From contig NC_043017.1 in assembly GCF_006345805.1 (NCBI RefSeq), forward strand, positions 25,048,001 to 25,112,000: DNA of 64,000 nt, in the 5' to 3' direction. Source of the DNA: Octopus sinensis (taxonomy: Eukaryota). Position numbers and translations under genes: made by a program. Every line of letters starts with the position of its first letter. Position 1 is the first letter of the stretch. The notes below the pieces were generated by a model. It did not search any database. It was not told where the DNA came from and saw nothing but the letters and a program-made list of their open reading frames with translations. This document shows positions 38,825 to 53,503 of this stretch, piece by piece.

Positions 38825-40349
38825 TTTCAAAATTTTTCTTGGCGAGTTTTAAACAATATACTTCCCTGTAAGTTTGGATTTATATTCCCTCATATAATAA
38901 TTATTATATATATATATATATATTATATATATATATATATCATCATCATCGTTTAACGTCCGCTTTCCATGCTAGCATGGGTTGGACAGTTCAACTGGGG
39001 TCTGGGAAGCTAGGAGGCTACACCAGGCCCAATCTGATCCGGCAGTGTTTCTACAGCTGGATGCCCTTCCTAACGCCATACACACACATCTCTCTGATTT
39101 AACCATTTGACCATTCATTTATTGATTCTTTAGCATTCAGATTATTCAAATGTAATGCTTATATATTCTAATTGTTTGTAATTAATCAGGCATCATCTTG
39201 TCATTTCAATATTTCAATGATGTGATTGATTATTTACAGAGTGACCTTGTAGAATAAGTGTGAGAGGTCAGATTTGGCCAGTTTGAACATAAATCAGGTA
39301 GGATATTTGAGCTGGATATAGCCAATTTAAATATTTAAAGGTTAAATTATTTTTCAATTATTTAATTCCTTACTGTCGTCTATCGGTCTTACATTTAGCT
39401 TATTCCATATTTTATTCCATATTTGGTACATTCAATCTTAGGGACAAAGAAAACGGAAAAAATGAGTCTCCTAGATTTTAGTCTTGAGTTCTGAGGCCCA
39501 TAGGGCCTGTTACTCAGTTTCCATGGCGTATAAGTGACAACGTTTCTCCTGACTGGGACACCCGTCTGTTGCTGGGTTACTCATTTACCGTTGAGTGGAC
39601 TGGAGCAATGTGAAATGAAGTGTTTTGCTCAAGAACACAATGTACTGCCTGGTTCAGGAATCAAAACCATGACCTTGTAATCATGAGTGCAGCACCCTAA
39701 TGAATAGGTGATGCACCTTTGTAATTTTAGTCATACCCAAACCGTTTACTTAAGAAGACATTGTTTTCATAAGAAAGTAGGTACTTTTAATCTGATTAAT
39801 CTCCTGAGAATTTGAAGAGTGAGTAGGAGATACTTAAGAACAAAACACTTCTTCTCGTATTCCTTATCTGAAAATCTTCATTGGTAGTGAACTTGACTTT
39901 CTTTTGTATTTGGTTCTGTATGTGAAATATTCAAATAAAGCCTAATTCTTGATGTGATTATATTAACACCATATCAAGAGTATCAAGGTAAAAACTGCCC
40001 TACTTTTCTTCCTGCTACTCCTCCTCACAACAAATATAAGGATATTTTCTTACCTCAACAAAGACAATAATAATCACAATGAAAATAGTAATAAAAAAAA
40101 AACCCTGATGTATTAGAATCCATTTATTTGCATAGGAAATGTGAAGGAACTCTCTCAGAGATAACAATGATTAACAGGTAACTTATTGGTGTAAGTAATA
40201 TAGCAACTGCTAAAATTTTTTTTTTTTTTGTATTTGGTTTGCAAGATTCTTGCTATGAATTCTTGTGTTGCAACGAATCTTGGTATGTCTTGGGAAAGTC
40301 ACTACATCAATAATAACAACACACGGTGTATGTTATTATTGGCATAACA

Positions 40350-40545
40350 AAGGCGGCAAGCTGGCTGAGTCATTAGCGTGCTGGGCAAAATGCTTAGCGG
40401 TATTTTGCCTGTCGCTACGTTCTGAGTTCAAATTCCGCCGAGGTCGTCCTTGCCTTTCATCCTTTTGGGGTCAATAAATTAAGTACCAATGAAACACTGG
40501 GGTCAGTGTAATTGACTAGTCTCCTCCAGTAGAAAGGATTATTAT
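40350..40545 (+). mobile_element. SINE family A
   Basis: Same diagnostic sequence; degenerate copy also at about 34395-34570. Confidence 0.85.
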
Positions 40546-41981
40546 TGGCATAATGACCCTCCCAAGACAAAAGATGTTAAAGTTCTATTTATACCAAACA
40601 CAGCATAAAGATAAAATTAGTTTAATATTAACTCTTTAGAATTCAGATTCCTCCATAAATCCATATTGATTTTGATTAATCACTCGTTATCGTGTAGTTC
40701 CAAGATTTGTTTGTTTTTAGAATGACATTGTAGGGTAGTTGTGAGAGGTCAGATCTCGCCTAAAATAAAACAGATAGTATACACAGGCTGGTTATGGCTA
40801 GTTTAAATGCTAAACAATGAATGTATATTTAAATGTCCAAAACCTTTTAGCTCTGACCACATCCACTCCTGTCATAGAGAAGTATGTCTTTTGTTAAAAC
40901 ATTCATGTCAAAAGCAAGACTTCCTATCATGATTTATTTGAGATCCTTTTGTTATGCTATGTCCTAAACAAGTTATTTTTACTAAATCCATTTAAATTAT
41001 TGATTATTTTCAAAATTAATTGCAACTCATAAGTTATGTTTCATTATAAATATCGTAAGAAGAGTATTTAAATATGTGTATATATATATATATATATAAT
41101 ATATATATATATATATAATAAAATATATATAGTGTTACTCTAGAATTAATTTTGAAGATACACCTTAAGTTATCAGCAAAATAGTACAAAACAATAGAAA
41201 AAAAAATCTTTTTTGATTCATTAATCTTCATCTACTTCCATTTAACATCACTTTATATATATATGTATATATATATATATATATATATCATCATCATCAT
41301 ACATCCGCTTTCCATGCTAGGATGAGTATATATAATATATATATATATATAATATATATATATATGCTTATTTTTGAAAACTAGACAATTGGTTTATTTT
41401 GAAGAATTTACTTCGAATACTTTGGTTTTCAGTTCTGTCCATCCCACTTTTCAGTGCTTTTTAACTCTTGCAAATGAACTGGATGAAACTTATATCCTTT
41501 AGAACAGAGGACATGAAGTACTTCGGAACAAAATACTCTTTTTTGATCTAAAATTTATAATTTTCTCACCCATAATTTTAGGGGCTATTTCTTGCATTCC
41601 TTATGTCGATATCTTCATTGGTAGTGTGGCGAGCTTAATTTTTATTTATTTTGTCTTTGTTTCTGTACATGGAATATTCAAATAAGACCCTAATCCTTGA
41701 TTCATTCATATTAACACCATATCAAGTGTATCTAGGTAGAAACTTCCCTGTTCTTCTATCTGATCCTTCACACAACAAATATTAAAATATTTTCTTATCT
41801 CACTTCTTATCCTTTGTTTAACAATTTCCTTAATTAGTTAATTACCTGATAAATGCAATGACTGTATAGATTAAGGATTGCAATCTCACAATCGGATTGT
41901 TCCCCATTCACACACACACGCCTCCCTCTCTCTCTCTCTCTCTCTTCTCTTTATATATATATATATAACACATATATATAC

Positions 41982-42033
<52 letters not shown>

Positions 42034-43536
42034 GTTAAACATTAAGGCAAGGCAAACAGCACAAGTCATATACAATATTATTATAGGAAGAAATTATAAT
42101 AAATTATGATAATATTGTATATGATTTGAGATGTTTGCATTGCCTTAATGTTCGATGTCCTGTTTAACAATTATATATCTGCTGCATCGGAAATCCCAAA
42201 TGGCTCCATAACTACCATCTCGGCTATAACCTTGTAGCCCCAGTAATCCGTTACAACACTTACCTAGCATACCTAATCGTTTAGATCACCTATGAACTAA
42301 GCTTAGTTCATATATACATATATTCACACACACACACATAAATATTTGTGTGTGTGTGTGTGAATATATGTATATATATATATACATACATATACATACA
42401 ACATACATGCATACACACTTGTTTGATATGTGTTGCCAAGAGTTATGTGCCAGTTTTATTTCTCAGAACAAGGCAGTGTATTATATTGTTGATAAATGAT
42501 AGAATTACTTACGTCACTGACAACATTGACCAATAATAATAACTAGCAAGGGTCACTTAAGACAAGGAACAATAAATAGAAGCAGATTTAATTTTAAAAG
42601 AACAATACAGCAGTGATGTCATTGCTGTGCAAAATTATAGCAGCATTGCTTATAAACTAATCAGAGCTATTTAAGGACAGCAAGCAACTGCAGCACTACC
42701 TTTCGATTAGTACAACACAGCATGACACAGTGAACTTAGTCTCTCTTTGTCTTTGGTTATGTGTTTGAAATTTCCAAATTAAACCTAATTCTGGGTTTGG
42801 TCATATTAACAATAGTCAAATTACATAGAATTAAAAACATCCTTGTTCTACTTGCACCTTCACACAACAAATATCAAACCATTTTCTTACCTTACTTCTT
42901 ATCCTTCAATTAGCAAATATTCCTTTAATTAGCAACTGTTCTTTTAATAAGTTAATAATCTTGTAAATGCAATCTCTGAAAAGATTCAGGATTGCCATCT
43001 CTTGATCTGATTTCTTCCCTTACACACATGTATGTATACGCACACCTATTTTAACGTGTGTTGCCGAAAGCTATGTGCCAGTCTCTTTCCACAATCTTGA
43101 ATTGAGTAAATTGATTGAAAATTAGTGCCTTTGCTTTTGAACTACCCCCCAATTTCATTACAGGGGACACTACAAATCTTCTTTCTGGTAAGAAGCTGTC
43201 TAGTTTCCCATGACTTGATCTGGGTAACAAGGTGAGTGCTTCCCATTTTGTCTCCTGCTTCCTGCCATATTATACACATAGAACAACCAGGGCAGAACTT
43301 TTTTCCAAGTGACAAACTTATACATAAATTTCTGCTTTATTTCTTCACGTTGACCACTGCTATTGTTGTTGTTCTTTCCATAATAACAATAATTTTGATT
43401 ATTATTGTTGTTGTTGTTATTTTTTATGAATGTTTTCTGATTGATCTATGCACAGATAGAGCTTATATCTAGTCGCATGTACTATTTTATACCAACACCT
43501 TTATTCACATGCACACACTCACCTCCATACATACAT

Positions 43537-43576
<40 letters not shown>

Positions 43577-44059
43577 ACATACATACATACATACATACAT
43601 ACATACATACATACATACCATTGCAATCTCAAGGAATCATTTCACTAGAGGAAAGTCCTACTGGCTCAGTTCCTTACCCAAATAACTTATATATATTGGA
43701 ATCACATAGACAAAAGTTGATATTTTGAAAGTATTTAATATGCACATTTCAAGTATTTATGTAAGATAACCATTATGTAATACTATCTTCATCAGTCAAA
43801 CACAGTTTTCATAACACAAAGCTTATTCATCAGAGAGAAGAAAACTGATTAAATCAAAACCAACACACACACAGTTGATATTATATCAATAACCACAGAT
43901 CAAATACTACAGGGATCACAGTAGTATTTGAATTCAAGACACAGCAGATGGAACCAAATACTGTAAGATGGCTGGTCTGACACCCTATCTTTTTTGCCAC
44001 TTTACAATTTTCTCCTTAATAATAATAATAATAATAATAATGATAATAATAGTCACGAT

Positions 44060-44420
44060 TTCAAAATTTTGTGCAAGGCCAGCAGTTTTGAGGAGAGTGG
44101 TGAACCTAAAAAGGATCACAGGCAAAGTCTATCTCGGTAGCATTTGAACTCAAAATCTAAAGAGCTGGAGGAAATGCCTCAACAGCAACAACAATAATAA
44201 TAATCCTTTCTATGAAAGGCACAAGGTCTGAAATTTTGTGAGAGGGGACTAGTTGATTACATCAACTCCAGTGTTTCACTGGTACTTAATTTGTCAACCC
44301 CAAAAGGATGAAAGGCAAAGTCAGCTTCGGCAGAATTTGAACTCAGAACATAGCGACGAGCGAAATACTACCTAGTATTTCGTCCAGCATGCTAACAATT
44401 CTGCCAGCTCACTGCCTTCA
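44060..44420 (-). mobile_element. Two family A SINEs on the minus strand between (AAT)n runs
   Basis: aaaggatgaaaggcaaagtc...gaatttgaactcagaac...tgctaacaattctgccagctc. Confidence 0.8.
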
Positions 44421-44443
44421 TCATCATCATAATAATAATAATA

Positions 44444-44511
<68 letters not shown>

Positions 44512-45049
44512 TATAAAAAATCATAAGTAATAACAATAAAAAATAATTATATTTATTTTTCATGCTGGGGCACCTCTCTAGGAGACAAATAAAAGAATAT
44601 AAAAAAAAACAATAAATAATAACAATAAAACTTTTTTTTTTCGAAGTTATTTCATTTAAGTTTAGCAGCAATTTAGAATACCATAGCAGCAGTTAAATTT
44701 TATCCACCATTCTATTGTTTAGATGTTGCACTTATTATTATTTTTTTTTTTTCTAGTCAGTATACCTCAACACATAACTCTTAATACTTAACACATTTCC
44801 TTCATTCTATTTTCGCCACACACCTGTGTGACTTAAAACAGCAGAAAGAAGTTTAAATTCTTATAAATGTTACTTCATTTATGATCTTTTTATGCATAAA
44901 TGTCCCTTCATTTTTTGTGTACTTTGATAATAAGTATGTTTAGCTATTTGAAACAATTTCAGGAATACAAAAAAATAAATGAAAAATAAGCAAGTCATTT
45001 AGTGATACATGTACAATGGATGCAGCCTGTTAATTAATTAATGTCATTA

Positions 45050-45250
45050 CCCGTTTGTTACCGTATTTTCTTTCAATTATTTTAAATATAACAAAGAATT
45101 TAGTAAAATAACTTGGTTGTCATTAAGCTGGTGTTAGGAACATAAATTATGACTAAGGTTTGGTGGAAGATTTTAATGCAAAATTTTTGGAAACAAGACA
45201 TTTGTACTACAAAACCAGAGCCGGTTTCAGCTGGGTTGGTATCGAAAGGG
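45050..45250 (+). mobile_element. TTAA-type MITE, family 2
   Basis: Ends ggtatcgaaaggg-ttaa; interior is the reverse complement of 49503-49723. Confidence 0.75.
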
Positions 45251-45689
45251 TTAAGCTATTGCTCTCTTTAACAGGCACGACTGTATAGTTAAGAAGCTTG
45301 CATCCCAACCACATGGTTTCAGGTTCAGTCTCAATGTGCAGCACCTTGGCAGGTGTACTTTACTATAGTTCTGGGCTGACCAAAATCGTTTAAGTGGATT
45401 TGGATCATGGAAACTGAAAGAAGTCCATTGTGTGTTTTTGTGTGTGTGTGTGTGTGTGTGTATCATCGTCATCATCATTTAGTGTCTGCTTTCCATGCTG
45501 GCATGGGTTAGGCAGTCTGATTGGAACTGGTAAGCCTGAGAGTTGCATCACGTTCCAGTCTTATTTGGCATGGTTTCTATGGCCGGATGCCTTTCCTAAT
45601 GCTGACCACTCCAAGAGTGTAACGGGTGCTTCTCTATGCCACCAGTACAGGTGCCAGTTACGGGACACCAACATCAGCGTCAACTAGTA

Positions 45690-45890
45690 TTTCACCTGGC
45701 TTGATGAGTCTTCTCAAGCACGACATATCATCAAAGGTCTCTCTCACTTGTCATTGCCTCCATGAGGCCCAACGTTTAAAGATCATGATTCACCACCTCA
45801 TCCTATGTCTTCCTGGGTCTACCTCTTCTACAGAGACTGGCACTTCTTTACACAGCTGTCCTTGTTCATACATATCACATGACCATAAAC
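45690..45890 (-). pseudogene. RTE-like LINE 3' coding fragment joined to a family C tail
   Basis: Minus translation KDSCVKKCQSL..RPRKT.DEVVNHDL.TLGLMEAMTSERDL..VVLEKTHQ. Confidence 0.65.
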
Positions 45891-47071
45891 ACACACATAG
45901 AAGTGGTTGCCCTATTGCATTCACAATCACTAGATTGTGGGTTCAGTTCTTAAACTGGGTGTCACATTGTCTTCTTGAGCAAAACACTTCATTTCACATT
46001 GCTCCAGTACCCCTTTTGATCAGGAAGGAATGTTGGCCTGCTCACTTTTCCAGCAGTGTGGCATCATCCAAATGCTAAAGCAACACAAAGTGCATTGTGA
46101 CCAGTGATGTGTAACAAAACTTGATAGTCTAGTCAGTCACATAGTGTGTGCCTGTATACCTTGACATTGCATGATACGTGTAAATGTGTGACATTCATTT
46201 TCAGTCATTCCATGAGAAACATGTCTGGCCATGGGGAAATATCATCTTGCTTGGAAACAAGCAAGGGTTGGTGACAGGAAGGGCATCCAGCCATAGAAAT
46301 TCTCTCTGACCCATGCAATCATGTTTGTAGTTCTGTATTTATTTCAGTATCCTGCAGTTTACTTGAACACTGGATTGTATGAGCCATTGAGGGAACTTCT
46401 ATGCAGTTGCTTGACCTGCTGGAAGTAATAGCAAAAATTTCTCTTCTCTTAAATCAAACACTGCTACCATCTTATGGGATGCATTGTATAATGTAATCCT
46501 CGATGTACTGGATGGAATAGTCATGGCTAGAATGCCCTTGATCATACATGTTCTCAATCAAAGTTCACCTTAGGCTAAACGCTATATGAATGTTTTGTCC
46601 CAAGCATTTCCAAATTGTTCACCATACTATCAATTTATTATTACAGATAGAAATTGAACTAATTTCCTCTATATTTACACATGGTTCTCTTGGTATTTAG
46701 TGCTTTCTCTTTATAAGTGAGATTATGTCTGGTGTTTAGAGATTTGGGGTTTCTTCAGCAACCACCAATCACAGCAAATATTAGAGACTATCATCTTCCT
46801 GTGTTGTAAATATTTTGTTTTCGCAGCATATCTTTCAACTTTCTACAAACACGCCCCCACATATTTTCATTTTCTCTTTCTTTATCTCTGTCTATTCCTC
46901 TTTACACTTCCCCTCTCTCTTCTGCTCATTTCTTCTCTCTCTTCTACTCCCCTCACTGTTTCTATGTCTCTCTTTCTATTTCTCTCTCTTTCTCTCTCTA
47001 CCCCTCTCACCCTTTCACTTTGTTTACTGCCACTTTCACTTCATCTCTCTGCTCTTCTCTCTGTCATCTTT

Positions 47072-47107
<36 letters not shown>

Positions 47108-47289
47108 TTCTCTCCCTCTCTCATATTCTTTCTTACTTTCTCTCTACCATACATAATAATCCTTTTCTTTCTCATTTGATAAAAGAAATTTCAATATTTG
47201 GTTTTATCACAATGGTGTCTTGTATTATGAGAAACACGTTACCTAACATCTTGTGTTGTGACTAATATGATAGAGATAGCAAACCCTAC

Positions 47290-48175
47290 CATGTGAGGAA
47301 TACATTACAACATCTTGTAATGTGATAATTATAACATCAATATGATAATTACAACATCTAGTTTTCTTCACAAAAGACATTTCGTCTCCCTGATAATTAT
47401 GTATTGTGTTCTGATAATCACATTATAAGCTCTTTTGATAATTACATCTTGGAGTATGACATTTATAATACATCTGGTGTTATGTTAATTACAAAATTTT
47501 GTTATGATAATTACATTCTGATCTTGTGGTATGATAAATACATTACAAGACCTTGTGGTGTGATAATTGTATTATAAGATCTTGTGATGTGGTAATTGTA
47601 GTGTGATAATTGTATTACATCTACTTCTATCATAATTACAATATCTTGTGGTGTGATATTTGCAATACATCTGATATGTTAATTGCATTCCACGATAATT
47701 GCATTACAAGGTCTTGTGATAATTACAAGGTCTTGTGATGTGATAATTGTATTACAAGATCTTGTTGTGTGGTAATCATATGATTACAACATCTATTTCT
47801 GTGATAATTACAATTTCTTGTGGTGTGATATTTATACCATGTCTTCTGTGATAATTACATCTTATGGTATGATAATTATATTTCAACAACTAGTAATTTT
47901 GATAATTACATTAAAAGATCTTTTGTTGGGATAATTACATTATAGGATCTCGTGATAATTACATTACAGCACCTTACTATGTGATACTTTTGTTACAGCA
48001 TTTTATAACAATTACATTTTCTGTTGTGGTATTTACATTACTAGGTCTTCTCTTGCGGTAATTACATTATGAATTTTTATGGCCATGATAATCACATTAT
48101 GTCTTATATTGAGATAATTACTAGATTTTCTCGTATGATAATTACATTACGACATTGTATCTTGTGATAATTATA
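47290..48175. repeat. Degenerate ~29-bp satellite (tgataattacattacaagatcttgtggtg)
   Basis: Recurrent TGATAATT core. Confidence 0.85.
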
Positions 48176-49502
48176 TTTTATTTTAATTGCTTACAGTATC
48201 TTTCTCTCATTTGAATTCTTTTAAATAAAGTCGTAAGAGCTATTTTTTCTTACTTTTTTTCTATATTTTTTAATTATTTGAACCATCTACTGTTGTTGCT
48301 GTTGTTGTTATTTTGCATAATTTCAACTAATTCAATTTAAATCTTGTTCAAGTTACCTTGGTTTCATTTATTTTTGTGTCAAAATTTTTATTTAGCTTTT
48401 AAAGAAATGATGCCTTCATGAATGAATGAAACAACCATTTTATTTCCAGACTGGATTTGTGACAAGATAAGGACAAAACAAATAAATAAAAATCCAAAAT
48501 CCAAGGACAAAATTAATCCTTCCATGGCCACACTACTGATAAAACATTTTAGAGCGTGATTGTTACTGAAGTCATTGCCAGTGCCGCTGGACTGGCTCCT
48601 GTGCAGGTGGCACTTAAAAACACCATTTGAGCGTGGCCACTGCCAGTACCGCCTGACTGGCTGGCCCTTGTGCTGGTGGCACATAAAAGCACCCACTACA
48701 CTCACGGAGTGGTTGGCACTAGGAAAGGCATCCAGCTGTAGAAATCCTGCCAGATCAAGATTGGAGCCTGGTGCAGCCATCTGGTTTGCTGGTCCTCAGT
48801 CAAACCGTCCAACCCATACCGGCATGGAAAGCGGATGTTAAACGATGATGATGATGTATTTCAAAGGATTTTGGAAATAATCAGTGAATTTGTTGTGATT
48901 TTGTATAAAAATAACTTAATAAAGTTACTGAATCAGATCAAGGAGAGATCCTCTACTCAGTCAATCATCTTGCTTGAAATAGTAACCAAATCTTCCTAAA
49001 AATCACAAATCCCTTTATGGGGGGGGGGGATTATTATTAACTTGCCTTGAAACAGATTAGGGTTGGTGATAAGAAGGGTATCTAGCCATAGAAAATCTGC
49101 CTCAATAAACTCTGTCTGACACATGCAAGCACAGAAAAGTGGATGCTAAATGATGATGAACTTTCTCATTATTAATCTGGTATTTGAAACAAGTTAGCAT
49201 GAAATTTTGATGAGAGGTTTTAATTTATATCGCTTTGAAAACAGTTTGTACCATAGAACCAAGGTCAGTCTTGGGTAGGTTGGGTATCATAAGGGTTAAA
49301 TGTTTTTTTTTAAATTTCCATGGCACACCTAGATGCCCCCTGTGGTGCACTGTTTGTGAACCCTTGGTCTTGATTCTGAGTTAAAATCCTACTGATGTTA
49401 GTTATGAATTTTTTCATATTTTGAAGATTTTTTTTTTTGCTCCTTTTGTTAATGTTTCTAGTTGTTGCCCAGTTGCATGACACAATTCTAAAGTCCCTGT
49501 AA

Positions 49503-49723
49503 CCCTTTCGTTACCAACCTGGCTGAAACCGGCTCTGGCTCTGAGTACAAATGTCTTGTTTTCAAAAGTTTTGAATTAAAATCTTCCACCAAACCTTAGT
49601 CACAATTTATGTTTCTAACATCAGCTTAATGATAACTAAATTATTTTACTAAATTCTTTGTTATATTTAAAGTAATTGAAAGAAACACAGAGCATCTCAA
49701 AAATAAATACAGTAACAAAAGGG
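49503..49723 (-). mobile_element. TTAA-type MITE, family 2
   Basis: ccctttcgttacc ... gtaacaaaaggg-ttaa. Confidence 0.8.
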
Positions 49724-49858
49724 TTAATATTTTAGTATTGTTTATCATCTAAATGCTAAAGGGACTTACGATGCACCCTTTTAATTTTTGGGGGGTTTTT
49801 TTGCCTTCTTTTTTTTCATGTGCTTTTTAAGTCTAATTTCTTTTATTCTTATTTTCAG

Positions 49859-50067
49859 TTGACAAAGCTGACCCGATAAACACAGGATGTCACCAGCCAC
49901 GAACTTTGCCAGACGTTGTTTATACCGAAAGTGGTTCTCCTCCGATGGAAAAGCATGCCCAACATCATCCCATCTGCAGCAAATCTTGGCCAGAAGTGGA
50001 GGCCCGCAGGCTAATCCTGCACGACAATGCTGACAACAGTTGTGACACTGTAAACCAGAACATTTAA
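49859..50067 (+). CDS. Terminal coding exon (VDKADPINTGCHQPRTLPDVVYTESGSPPMEKHAQHHPICSKSWPEVEARRLILHDNADNSCDTVNQNI*)
   Basis: Branch-like CTAAT at 49833, acceptor ttattttcAG, phase-1 entry open to TAA 50065-50067, clearly GC-richer than flanks. Confidence 0.8.
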
Positions 50068-51997
50068 AGGATGGCCATTTTTGAAGTCTTCATTGGCATC
50101 AGTTTCTCTCTCTCTCTTTCCTCTCTTTTCCTTCCTCTTTCACATCACTCCAGCCCCACCCCTTCAAAACCTTTTTTTTTTTGCCCCCAAATTTTGTGTA
50201 CGTTATTTTTGTACAGTCATTTTTGTTGTCTTTATTTAAATAGACATTTTAACCTCTCTTTTTTTTTTTTTTGGTCTCTGTATGTGCGAGTGAAAAGTAA
50301 ACTCTGGATACAAGCGAATTTGTTTATTTGTTGTATCGAAGGTTACAACAATAACAACAATAGCAACATCACGCACATAAACCAATGAAAATTTGCATGT
50401 GTGTGTCGACAAAAAAAAAAAAATTATATATATATATATATATATGACATAACATTGATATTACATGCATTGATAACATGCATTATTTGTAATTTTTAAC
50501 TTTTTTTTCTGTGAGTATATGCACGGCTGTGTGCTTGTGCGTGCGTGCGTGTGTGTGTGTGCATGCATGTATGTGTTTTCCTTGGGATTTGTCTGATAGA
50601 CGTGCATGGGGTGGGTGGGGTGCTTACTTTGTCCAGCGCGGTGAGCATGCGTACTTTTGTTGCAAGAAACTTTAAAAAAGCAAAAAGACAGAAACCAAAC
50701 CAAAAATACATATATATAATATATATATATATATGACATAACATTGATATTACATGCATTGATAACATGCATTATTTGTAATTTTTAACTTTTTTTTCTG
50801 TGAGTATATGCACGGCTGTGTGCTTGTGCGTGCGTGCGTGTGTGGTGTGCATGCATGTATGTGTTTTCCTTGGGATTTGTCTGATAGACGTGCATGGGGT
50901 GGGTGGGGTGCTTACTTTGTCCAGCGCGGTGAGCATGCGTACTTTTGTTGCAAGAAACTTTAAAAAAGCAAAAAGACAGAAACCAAACCAAAAATACATA
51001 TATATAATATATACATATATATATGTATATATATGTATATATATATATATATGTAATGTAATGATTTACTTAATTTATCCATCATTAATCATTGCTTAAA
51101 GTTTAGTATTATATTGGCAAACTCTAAATCAGCCTTCATTCCATTAGTCTAACACCTGTATGACGTCAGATTGTGGTTGCACTCCCCAATAATATATACG
51201 CAAAGATATAGATATGTGTGTGTGTGTGTGTAGGTACGTATATATGTATGTATATATAGATGTATGTTACGCACACAAAAGCAACGTGCAATTAAAAGAA
51301 TGTTATTTGTTAAAAATAAAAAAAGGTAACTGTAATAATGAATTTTCCTTGGCGGTCTGTTGTGTTCTATGTACATAAAATAATAATAATAATTATTATT
51401 ATTATTACTACTACTACTACTGTGAGAATAAATTTCAAGACTCTGAGAAAATGTATACATGTATGTGCGTGAATATATGCACATATATACACACACACAT
51501 ATACATACATATATATTCATATGGTTATATACATATATATATAGGAAGGATCCATATACACGCATATGAATTTATCTGTATATGTACACACACATATCAA
51601 TATGCACATATGTATGTGTGTGTATGTTTGCATATGTGTACATGTATATCTATATGTATATATAGGTGTGTATCTGTATATAGAATTTATGCGTATATTC
51701 CTATATATATATATATCTGTGTGTGTATATATGTGTGTGTGTGTGTGTGGTGTGTGTGTGTGTGTAACTATGTGTATGCATATTAAATATACATGTATGT
51801 AGATGCATCTCCATTATCACTAATCACTGTTTATACTCATAGCACTAACGATTTGCTGCAGCAGAAATATTTCCCAAGAATATCTGGAATATGGTATGAC
51901 AAGCTTGGTAAAAGACTCTTCACCAGGAGAAACAACTACAAGAAACCCACATTTAATATCATTGTGTTTTGTTTTTTTGTTGGAAATTTTTATTTGT

Positions 51998-52048
<51 letters not shown>

Positions 52049-52611
52049 CATGTGTGTGTGTGTGTAGGTTGCAGAGTAGTATTGTTGGTTTGTTTATTGC
52101 CTTTTACATAATTAAAAATAGGCAAAACAAAAGACAAAACTAAAAAAAAAGCAAGTGTCTACATGCATAATAATAATAATGGTAAATAATAATAATGATA
52201 ATAATAAAAATAATAATAATGATAAAAATAATAATAATAATCATAAGATTGTAGTGAAATCGGCCGTGTCATTTTCTAAGAATTTTCCTACAGTTCTTGT
52301 AAAGAACTTTCTCTGTGTTCTGACTGATTTTATAAAGACCATAACCAAAATGGAACTGAATTTTGAATAGAAAATTAAAACATGAAATGAACACAAACAA
52401 GCGAGTGAAGTTATTGTGGTTTGCTTTCCATCCCTTTGTGTTTCCTCTCATGGTTTCTCTTCTCTTCTCTTTATCTGTTTCTCTCTCTTTCTGTACTTAT
52501 ATTTTGTTGTGTTACATAATTCAAGTACATTTAATGGAGGAATTTATATGGTTGCAGTCCAATGACTGAAACCAGTAAAGGGGTGTGTATTGTTTATGTG
52601 TATCTATATGT

Positions 52612-52647
<36 letters not shown>

Positions 52648-53444
52648 CACACACACATGCATGCATATAAATATACATACACACACATATATACATATAT
52701 AGTGCATGTGTGTGTTTACAGGCGCACACATCCGCGCATATGCACCACACAAAACCATGTACAAACTGCTAAAGTTTCTCCTACAACTGACTGATATTCA
52801 GTCAGTAAAAAAATTTCAGTAGATATAGTTTTAGGGATATTTTTGTTTCCTTCTTATTTTATTTATATATGCATTTATTCTTGATTTTTGTTCCTTTTCA
52901 GTAATTAAAACAAACAAACACATACAACTAAACTGAAACAAAAAAAAAAAAAAATATTTTCTTTTTATGAATCTTCAGTAAATCCAAACTAAAATTTGTG
53001 AAATTTTTTTATCAAATATTTCATGGATGCAGCCTGCAACATTTCTTTTATGATAGTTGTTAGTCCACTGCTATGAATAATACTAATACTAATAATAATA
53101 ATAATAAAATGTATGGTTTTTTTTTTAGCATTATAGATACTGAAACTAACTTACCGACACTTTCAAAGGAATAGCAACAAAAGCATAGTGAGAAAAATGG
53201 TATTGTTTGTCCTTTATTTGACTATAATTTAGAAAAATATGTGAAGATAGGAAATGGAGAGAAGAAAAAAATAATACGTAAATAAATAAAATAATCGAAC
53301 AAAACTATTTTATCTCTAACTTCATGTTTACTTCATTCTCTGTGTGTGTGTATGTATTTGCATGTGTGTGTGTGTGTGTGTGTGTGCATAGATGTATATG
53401 TGTGTGTGTGTACATAGATGTATATGTGTGTGTATAATGATATG

Positions 53445-53503
<59 letters not shown>

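Noticed and set aside
43790-43840. Minus-strand CUGAUGA...GAAA as a hammerhead
   Set aside because: No stem I pairing or proper stem III; same for motifs near 7705, 8003 and 29256.
43901-43930. Hairpin caaatactac / gtagtatttg as a terminator or ncRNA
   Set aside because: Only 10 bp and no supporting context.
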